NCBI GenBank assembly: GCA_964016885.1
Contig: OZ024753.1
Location: forward strand, 41,354,001-41,418,000
DNA length: 64,000 nt
Origin: Eledone cirrhosa
Taxonomy: Eukaryota
Reading direction: 5' to 3'
Position numbers and translations under genes: made by a program. How positions within the stretch are numbered: the first letter of the stretch is position 1; the number at the start of each line of letters is the position of its first letter. This document shows positions 54,014 to 64,000 of this stretch, piece by piece. The notes under the pieces were generated by a model. The model ran no database searches. It worked only from the letters and a program-made list of their open reading frames with translations, and was not told where the DNA came from.

Positions 54014-54115
54014 CATATATATATACATACATACATACGTATATATATATATATTTGAAAAGGCCAGCTGAAAATAAAAGACGAAACCGCTTAGCACCGC
54101 CGTCGAGATTATACA

Positions 54116-54250
<135 letters not shown>

Positions 54251-54306
54251 ATACTTTGGGAGGGTCATGTTGCCAATAAGAATCTTGCTAAACAAATTCA
54301 GAAACG

Positions 54307-54348
<42 letters not shown>

Positions 54349-54390
54349 TCTTTATTATTGTTTTTGTTTTCTTTTTAACTTATATATATA

Positions 54391-54460
<70 letters not shown>

Positions 54461-54721
54461 ATATATATATACATAGATACATATGTGTGAGTCTGTGTGT
54501 GTGTCTGTGTGCGCGTGTGATTAAATATTGCTATCGAATAAATTATAATTATCTATCAAACTTGTATTTCAGACATGACTGGGTCTCTACTTAATGTATT
54601 TTATTATATATTTTGTTTTTAGCTATATTTATATAATAGCATTCCTAATTCTGTTAACCCTCAAGACCTCGCTGTCTTATTAATTTGTGAACGTGCGCAT
54701 GCGTGTGTGTGTATGTAAGCA

Positions 54722-54807
<86 letters not shown>

Positions 54808-54819
54808 CTGTGTGTGTGC

Positions 54820-54881
<62 letters not shown>

Positions 54882-55003
54882 CTAGGAAAAGCGTCACGAC
54901 CCCCGTGGCTGAGCTCCGGCCGTTTCGATAGCTAGGTCTGAACAGTATTGAGTACTTTGGTGCGTTATGGTCCACCTGGTTACTTACCACACTTCATTCG
55001 TTA
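54882..55003 (+). mobile_element. Family P1 remnant
   Basis: Tail GTATTGAGTACTTTGGTGCGTTATGGTCCACCTGG is shared with 10988. Confidence 0.6.
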
Positions 55004-55138
55004 TATATATATATATATATATATATACGAAACACGAAGAATTATCTCATAGAAAACTCAATACAAAATGTTGAATTCAATATATATATATATATAGTTT
55101 ACACACTATCCACATACACATTCACAGACACACACACA

Positions 55139-55201
<63 letters not shown>

Positions 55202-55296
55202 AAAACCTGGTCATGTGCTGCAACTGACAGATCTCTTACATCCATATTACTTTTCAACCTTTTTACTTCGAACCCTACAGAAACCAACTCTGGTTG

Positions 55297-56163
55297 CTTT
55301 AATACAAAACTATCCATTTGAAAGGGTTACTATTTAAATTAAATCCTGAGATAATGTTATATAAGAAATAAAACCTTTAATAAAAAACTATCCATTTGAA
55401 AGGGTTGCTATTTAAATTAAATCCTGAGATAATGTTATATAAGAAATAAAACCTTTAATAAAAAACTATCCATTTGAAAGGGTTGCTATTTAAATTAAAT
55501 CCTGAGATAATGTTATATAAGAAATAAAACCTTTAATAAAAAACTATCCATTTGAAAGGGTTGCTATTTAAATTAAATCCTGAGATAATGTTATATAAGA
55601 AATAAAACCTTTAATAAAAAACTATCCATTTGAAAGGGTTACTATTTAAATTAAATCCTGAGATAATGTTATATAAGAAATAAAACCTTTAATAAAAAAC
55701 TATCCATTTGAAAGGGTTGCTATTTAAATTAAATCCTGAGATAATGTTATATAAGAAATAAAACCTTTAATAAAAAACTATCCATTTGAAAGGGTTGCTA
55801 TTTAAATTAAATCCTGAGATAATGTTATATAAGAAATAAAACCTTTAATAAAAAACTATCCGTTTGAAAGGGTTACTATTTAAATTAAATCCTGAGATAA
55901 TGTTATATAAGAAATAAAACGTTTAATACAAAACTATCCATTTGAAAGGGTTACTATTTAAATTAAATCCTGAGATAATGTTATATAAGAAATAAAACCT
56001 TTAATACAAAACTATCCATTTGAAAGGGTTGCTATTTAAATTAAATCCTGAGATAATTTTATATAAAAAAAAAACCTTTGATACAAAACTATCCATTTGA
56101 AAGGGTTACTATTTAAATTAAATCCTGAGATAATTTTATATTAAAAAAAACCTTTGATACAAA
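55297..56163. repeat. 78-bp tandem repeat x11
   Basis: CTATCCATTTGAAAGGG recurs at 55310, 55388, 55466 ... 56012 and 56089. Confidence 0.95.
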
Positions 56164-56494
56164 GATTATGATAATAATGAAATAATCAAGAACCTTTAAT
56201 AAATTGCTTCAAATTCTTCAGGAATTAAATGAAACAGCGTAAATTATTATGAGAGGGAAAAAAAACAGGCAAAAATGTTTGTCAAGTTTTTTAAACAACT
56301 GGCAACCCCGGAAGAGATGACATTACAAAAATAAAGAAAGTAAGTTTTAGTCACTTGTCTCCTTTATATGACATGAATGAAAAACACGAAGAGAAATCCA
56401 AAATATTAACGAAAAGAAGCAAAAAAAAGCAGAAAGAATTGTAATAAATCACAGACTTCCGAATGAGTATTGTTTCTATGGGGAACATTGGAAT

Positions 56495-56832
56495 ATGATG
56501 ATGATGGTGGTGATGGTAGTGGTGGTGATATTATTATTAATGTAATAGTAATAATAATAAGGAGGATGGTGATTATATTGATGATGATGATGTAATGTGA
56601 AGCGTAGAAGAAGTAGAAGAAGAAGAAGATTATGGTGATGATGATGATGATGATGATGATGAAGATGACGATGATGATGACGATGACGATGAGGAGAATG
56701 ATGGTGATGATGATGATGATGATGATGACGATAACGATGACAACGATGATGACAATAATGATGATGATAATGATGATGACAATGACGATGATGACGATGA
56801 CGATGACGATGATAATGATGATGATGATGACG
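56495..56832. repeat. (GAT/GAC)n trinucleotide tract
   Basis: Seen directly. Confidence 0.9.
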
Positions 56833-57154
56833 AGGGGGAGAAGGGCAAATACAAATAGATACGAAACGTGAAGAAACAAAGAAAATAAATTGATTTCTAC
56901 ATTCAAAGAATCCAAGAAATAGAAAAACAAAAGAAGACAAAACAGAACAAAACAGAAGTAAAACCAAAACAAAAGAGAAGCCACAATGACAGAAGGTTAT
57001 GAAGAAAAAGGAGACGCGATGAAAAGGCTAAAACCTATAGCAAAATAAAAAACAGGATTAGAGAATGCTATGATAATACAATGACAAGAAGAATCACCTA
57101 AATGGTCAATACCCGAGAAGGCTGAACAGAGAAAATGTAGTGAAAAAAAAATGC

Positions 57155-57683
57155 ACAACACTGCATTGCAGAAATAATGTACAACACTGCATTTCAGAAG
57201 TAATGTACAACACTGCATTGCAGAAGTAATGTACAACACTGCATTGCAGAAGTAATGTACAACACTGCATTGCAGAAGTAATGTACAACACTGCATTGCA
57301 GAAGAAATGTGCCACACTGCACTGTAGAAGAAATATATAACATTGCATTGCAGAAGTAATGTACTACACTGCATTGCAGAAGAAATGTATAACATTGTAT
57401 TGCAGAAGTAATGTACAACTCTGCATTGCAGAAGAAATGTATAACATTGTATTGCAGAAGTAATGTACAACTCTGCATTGCAGAAGAAATGTACCACACT
57501 GCACTGTAGAAGAAATATATAACATTGCATTGCAGAAGTAATGTACTACACTGCATTGCAGAAGAAATGTATAACATTGTATTGCAGAAGTAATGTACAA
57601 CTCTGCATTGCAGAAGAAATGTTCAACACTGCATTGCAGAAGAAATGTACAACACTGCATTGCAGAAGTAATGTACAACACTG
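57155..57683. repeat. 26-bp minisatellite (ACAACACTGCATTGCAGAAGTAATGT) x~20 with higher-order structure
   Basis: Seen directly; the variant order recurs at a 182-bp offset. Confidence 0.9.
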
Positions 57684-58022
57684 AATATACGTATATACTG
57701 TATATACATACGTATATATGTATGTATTTTTAACGTAATTTATTTCCCATTGTATAACTATACACCCATCTAAGTTATATCTCTAACTCTACATTTAGTA
57801 TAAGTTATCTTCTTTCTAATGATATAATATAGTTAGTGAAATATCTGCAGTTACTGAACTTAAATATTATATTATTTACAGATATTGATTACTGTTTTAG
57901 GCCTCCATAATTTTAACGTATTTTGAATACGTATTCTAAACGTTATTTACAATTTCACTCATCTTTTATTTCTCCCACTGATATATTCATACATGTAAGG
58001 TTTATTATTTTACTTTATTTAA

Positions 58023-58100
58023 TTTGATTCTGATGAGCTAGACTTCCAGGAATAGACTCTTTTATTCATGGCTTATCAAGTGAAACGTACGTAAATCAAG
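58023..58100 (+). ncRNA. Type I hammerhead ribozyme
   Basis: TTTGATT-CTGATGA (58030-36)-weak stem II-GAAA (58082-85)-C[GTAC]G-TA-AATCAAG; GUA site. Confidence 0.75.
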
Positions 58101-59019
58101 TAAATGTTATTAATAATAATTTACATAACAAAGCAAAAATTAGTTTTACCTGTGGTTCAAATGGCCAGCCTTGTCATTCAAAGTGTCACGGACGCTGAAT
58201 CTCCCTGGCAATTATGTTAAAATATACAGGTATCTGTAGAGTGTTCAACCACTTGCATGTTCATTTCACGAGAAGCAGGCTGTTCTGTTGATCATACACC
58301 CTGAACATTACTCGTTAATCGTTAGAACTGAAGAAGTTCCAACACTTGTGTATGTTTGTCAATTTTTTCATCTTTGTGTGTTTATCTAAGTAATATATTT
58401 CAGTATTATCAGAACTATATAATCGTAAATAACTATTTGTTTACTCCTACCGTGTGCACTAAAGAATAGATTAGATTTAATTTGTACTAAGGGAGAAAGC
58501 AATTTACTTTCTAGTTATGGGATTGTTTTAAAGTACAATCCCTTGTTAATTAATTATTCGGTTGTGAGGATAATGGGTGTAAGTATACAGAGTAAAGTAA
58601 TCAGGGTTTAATTGCCGCCATTTTGGGGATTTCTTCCGTACAGAAATTACAATGGTTGACACGAAACAAATTATCGAAGAAAGCAGAAAGCAAATACCAT
58701 GATTATATAAGAGAGTTTATAGTTAAATTTACATTTCTCTTGTATTCAATGATCTTTAAGGAATCATTCTACAAATCATCTTGTCAATATGCTATTCCAG
58801 AATAAATATGCTTTGTGCATTCCTTAGTAATATGTGTTTTCCCAAACCTACCCAGTGGAGTTCAGCTTTTATTTTTATTTATTTTTCTAAGCTATATTCA
58901 ATGGAAGCTAATGAAGTTCTTTTCGATTTGTAGCTCTACCCTTGTTAACGATGCTGAAATATAGTACGTATGTTATCAGCCTACAAAAATAAGTATACAT
59001 ATGTATATGCTAAACTGCA

Positions 59020-59077
<58 letters not shown>

Positions 59078-59112
59078 TACCTGTGGCTCTTTCTCCACCC
59101 AATTCTTTTTAT

Positions 59113-59342
59113 ATAGTAATAACAATAAATGTGAAGACTAAAATCCAAAGAAGATCCCGTTAAGGGTGAAAGCAGCGATTCTTTGCTTAAACTTTAATTT
59201 GCTATTTTAATAAATATATATATATATTTATTAAAATAACAGATTAAATATTTACTCTACGGTTCTTATATATTTGATATATATTTATCCTTATCGAGCC
59301 CTCTTTGGATTTTTAGTCTTCAAATTTATTATTATTACTATA
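59113..59342. mobile_element. Family P4 PLE-like remnants, rearranged
   Basis: Homologous to 12095 and 42403; includes GAAGA-TCCC[GTTAA]GGGT-GAAA-GCA...TGC-TT. Confidence 0.6.
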
Positions 59343-61258
59343 TATATATTATATATATTGTAGGGGGTATGTTTGTGTTGCTGAGAATGAGATAGAGCCT
59401 CCGATAGCCCAAGCACAGCACATAGAACCCCATTATAAAATCGACAGGATAGCCCCATGTTTCCTCTTAATCTAAGCTAAATAACTTTAAAGCCGAGTAC
59501 TTTGTCAAAGTAATAACTCGTTTCTATCAATAATTACTGGAGAGAAAGACGCTAGCACTCATTGCTTCTCACGCTACATCTAAAGCAAACACTGGAGGAA
59601 TACAATATTTGCTGAATATACAGAACAAAGAAGAATTGATTCATTAATCACCCAGGTACCCTCCTCTCTTTACGGCGTCTACTTAGTGTATTGTGAAGGA
59701 AATATTTCTGCAGCAAAGTGTGCAGAATTTAAAACATATGAATAAACTTTAATGTCTAGAATATTCTTCAGCTCTTTGATGTATAAGTCAAGGCAGGTTT
59801 GTTGTTTATTGTATTTTATATTACCGTTGCTATTTTACTATACCATAAGCATTTTTGTTTGGACATTAATGTATATATGCGTGATTCAATTCCATGAGTG
59901 ATTTAATGCATTTACGAGGCTGATGGAGAAAGATTTCTGGAGGCTACTGCAATTTAAACAGATTTAACCAGTCATAAATAAATTGAAAGATGCCTGTCTA
60001 AAATTTGTTTCAAGCTAAATACTAAGCATATCTTCTAATTCTTTGATTGAAACAGTTTAATAGCTATGGATTTTTAAAGTCGAAGCTTGTTCGGTTAATA
60101 GTTTTAAATGGGACAATGCTGCTACGAGACAGAAATATATTTAGTACACTGCTGAAGCCTTATATATTCCATTCAGAATATAATCTGTAAAGACAATTAT
60201 TGTTACTGGAAGGTAAATCTAATTTACATGCCACCATCATAACTGAAACATAAGGGTTGTCGCTAGAGACTATGACACATGAGGCATCTCAGATGAGGGG
60301 GCTACCCCAGTGGAACGGGAAGATTGTCAGGCCATTTAGTCTTTCACCGTCCCCTCCCGTAGGCTCGAGGTGGAAAGGGAAGCCACCACCATCCAGGGTA
60401 TGCTTTATAATCTCGTTGAGAGCAGCATGGTATGAAAGATGGCTAGCACTACAACCGCATGACAGTGGGTGGAAACCGAAGAAAGAATCCACAGCTGATC
60501 CATAGTTGATCCACAATTGATCCACAGTTGATTCCCAGCGGCATTTGAGAGGCTCAGATATCTAGAGACCGAGCCTCAGGGAAACAACGATGTTCAAATA
60601 GTCGCTGCCCAGCTGAATGCCAGTCGAAAAGTGAAGGAGAGAAAGAAAGGAGAGGAGAGGAAGCTATATCAGAAATGGGGCAAGTACTTATATTATCGAC
60701 CCTGAAAGGATTTAAATACAAAATGGACCTCAGTGGAATTTGAAGAAAGAACGTAGAGACTCAGGAGATATAAGCGATGCTCTACCGTCTCTGCAAAATG
60801 TCAGAAACAGGAATAAATAATGGTATTTATGGCATATCTATCAAGTTGCTCCTAAGTATGGCCTCTATATATATATATACACATGCATCAAGTGGTTATT
60901 TGGTTATTTTTACGTCAGATAAGTTCTAGTGAATTGTTGTGAATTCATGCAAGTGGTTCTTTCAATGATTTTTTTATCTTCATTTACCGCAAAGAAGCCA
61001 AATGCCAAGGGTTATGTGAAATAAATATTTTCACCAGAACAGTCAGTTTAATGCTAAATATATTGATACACTATTGGAATAGAGCAAAGTTTAATGATGG
61101 CAACCAAAATATTCATACAAAGTATATTTCGTCATTCTGTTGTATAGAATACGAATTAAGAATTTTACCTCTGAAATGATATACTCTCATATATATTATA
61201 TATGTAGTGGGTAGGTATATACTTTCTTGCGTATATGCATACGCACATACATACACAA

Positions 61259-61299
<41 letters not shown>

Positions 61300-61342
61300 A
61301 TAAGAAAAGGAGAATCAGTGTTGCGACGAATAAAATTTATTG

Positions 61343-61428
61343 GACATATTACAATCGTTTCTTTGGCGAGTCACGATCTATGTACTGATCGAACCTGACT
61401 CTGATATCGCAAGGTCCTCAGTTATGTC
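61343..61428 (-). ncRNA. Degenerate type I hammerhead ribozyme
   Basis: Minus strand: GACATAa-CTGAGGA-long stem II (GAGTCA/TGACTC, GATC/GATC)-GAAA-C[GATT]G-TA-aTATGTC; lies between two (TA)n tracts. Confidence 0.55.
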
Positions 61429-61614
61429 TCTATTCTACGAGTGCTCAAACGGCATACCGCTTACGGACACTTTAAGCATCCAACACCAATTATATATATA
61501 TATATATATAGTTGATGTTAGGAAGGGCAGCTAGCTGTAAAATCCCGTCGGAGCAAGGTATGACAAGACATGTCTTTCGATGTAGACCACTCGTCTAACC
61601 CATGGAAAATGGAC

Positions 61615-61687
<73 letters not shown>

Positions 61688-61778
61688 GGGATAACAAATT
61701 ATTGTTATAGGTAGTCCACTTAGATGTAGCAAACCGTGTCACTCTTCTTTCTTGATTTATATATATATATATATAGTA

Positions 61779-61817
<39 letters not shown>

Positions 61818-61841
61818 TATATATATATATATAGTATATAC

Positions 61842-61896
<55 letters not shown>

Positions 61897-62339
61897 GTTT
61901 TCTCCCCTTAGATTCTCACATGTGCTTTCATAACCTGCGAGATTCTGGCGAAAGAAGAACAAAAACCCGTTGAGAAAGCGATGCCTTGTTCGATCATTAT
62001 ACCAAAAGCTTATTTTTTATGAACAGACAGTATTATTGATTTAGGTGTTGCAGAAACCCAATTTCGGAGTATTCCATCTTCCCCGAGGGTCCGGGTAAAT
62101 ATTTCAATCATATCTGATTTCGTTTGACCCGTTTAGCTTGTTCGCTTTTTGGGGTATGGTGGTTAATGGTTTCTTAACTATCGTCTCAGCGTGTATGACC
62201 ATCTTAACTTATGTTTATAGCTCTGCTATCTTCTTCATATCCATGGAGAGCTTGTCAGCACAATATGGAAGTTGCGTTTCGCTAATTTCTACCCGCCGAA
62301 ATGCGATTCTCGCTAAATATATATTTGTATATATAGGAA

Positions 62340-62556
62340 CGATCGACTTTTTTGTCAAATCGGACCGAGGGAACAATGTTTCCGTTGGTCTTTCCAATTG
62401 CTAATACTATCTATCGGTCGCAACTCCAGGTAGAAGGAGCAATGGGAAATAAAGTGTCTTGCTCAAGGACATAACGCATCGCCTGGTCCAGGAATCGAAC
62501 TCAAACCTTACGATTGCGAATACAATTCTCTAGCCACTCAGCCACACGCCTTCACT
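62340..62556 (-). mobile_element. SINE family B
   Basis: Reverse complement of 6413-6628. Confidence 0.85.
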
Positions 62557-62585
62557 TGTATATATATATATCATATATACATATG

Positions 62586-62670
<85 letters not shown>

Positions 62671-62672
62671 AT

Positions 62673-62787
<115 letters not shown>

Positions 62788-63084
62788 TCTATGGTAGCTC
62801 TTCATAATTAATGCAAATAGATTTAGATAGAATGTGGAGTATCGTAGATAAAAGACCATAAAGCCAAGATGGCGAGACACTCGACTAGCCTCGGTTGTAT
62901 TAACACCACTTTACTTACAACCATTAAATCCTTGTGAGACGACATCAATCTCACATCTGACAAATATATTCTCCATATCCAACTAAATGGGCTAATCAAT
63001 CACTAGTGTTAGCTGAGCCACGCAGCCTTTAGTCACGAAGTTTTTGTGTCCTAGAAAATTATTTGGATATATATATATATTATT

Positions 63085-63131
<47 letters not shown>

Positions 63132-63287
63132 AGCCATCATATATGTATGTATATATAATAGTGCAGTATAGTTCGCGGAAAGCCAAGCATTATGAGATAT
63201 TGTTTTAGGAAGACAATAGAATGCAAGCCTAACATAATAGAGAGGAAACTGTATCAAAGCCGAACAAAAGAACATTCTACCTTAAGG

Positions 63288-63476
63288 TAATTGTTTCTAC
63301 TTTTGGCACAAGGCCAGAAATTACCCAGTGCATTACTGGTACTTTAATTTATCGACCTCGTAATGATGAAAGGCAAAGTTAACCTCGGCGGGATTCGAAC
63401 TGAGAATGGAAAGGGCCGTAAATCTTTGCGTCAAAGCATGGCGTCCAACCCCCTACCGATACTGCCAATCCACCAC
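63288..63476 (-). mobile_element. SINE family A
   Basis: Full-length match to the family consensus. Confidence 0.85.
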
Positions 63477-63613
63477 ATTCTACCGTAAGGTAATGTCTTG
63501 TTGTAATTTGCTTTTGTTTTTACTCCTCAAAATGAAACTTGCACTGTACTGGCTTGCTTTTATAAAACTTCAGAAATGTTAAATACACATACACACATTC
63601 ACACACACATACA

Positions 63614-63653
<40 letters not shown>

Positions 63654-63825
63654 TGTATATATATATATATAATTAAAATAACAGATTAAAGTTTAAGCAA
63701 AGAATCGCTGCTTTCACCCTTAACGGGATCTTCTGAAATATTATTATTACATATATATATTGTATATACATATATATATATGTATATATATATGTATATA
63801 TATATATAATATATATATATATATG

Positions 63826-63911
<86 letters not shown>

Positions 63912-63936
63912 CATATATATATATATATATATATGT

Positions 63937-64000
<64 letters not shown>

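Noticed and set aside
55297-57683. Regular arrays as possible CRISPR
   Set aside because: Pure tandem repeats with no unique spacers, no cas genes and a eukaryotic context.
60280-60480. HDV-like ribozyme in a GC-richer patch
   Set aside because: Could not assemble the P1/P1.1/P2 pseudoknot by eye.

Overview
AT-rich, gene-free eukaryotic non-coding DNA. The very high (TA)n/(CA)n/(GA)n microsatellite load and the tRNA-derived SINE families point to an animal genome, most likely an octopus (inferred from repeat style, not proven). No intact protein-coding gene is supported: almost every listed ORF is a translated microsatellite, and the recognisable coding remnants are decayed non-LTR retroelement fragments. 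The main signal is a dense set of type I hammerhead ribozyme motifs: about 18 complete or near-complete copies plus about 10 half copies, from at least 9 unrelated families. They read CUGANGA-stem II-GAAA-short stem III (usually with a palindromic loop)-NUH-stem I. Most lie in short fold-back elements inserted into (TA)n tracts, the architecture of Penelope-like element (PLE) pseudo-LTR remnants. Supporting detail includes compensatory stem changes between copies, a U3:A8 core variant, and a short RCTC...GAGY tail stem that starts a few nt after the fold-back ends in several otherwise unrelated families. Also present: a twin-priming-type inversion of an RTE-like LINE, a nested palindrome, MITEs and several minisatellites. 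All structures were read by eye; none has been folded computationally or tested.
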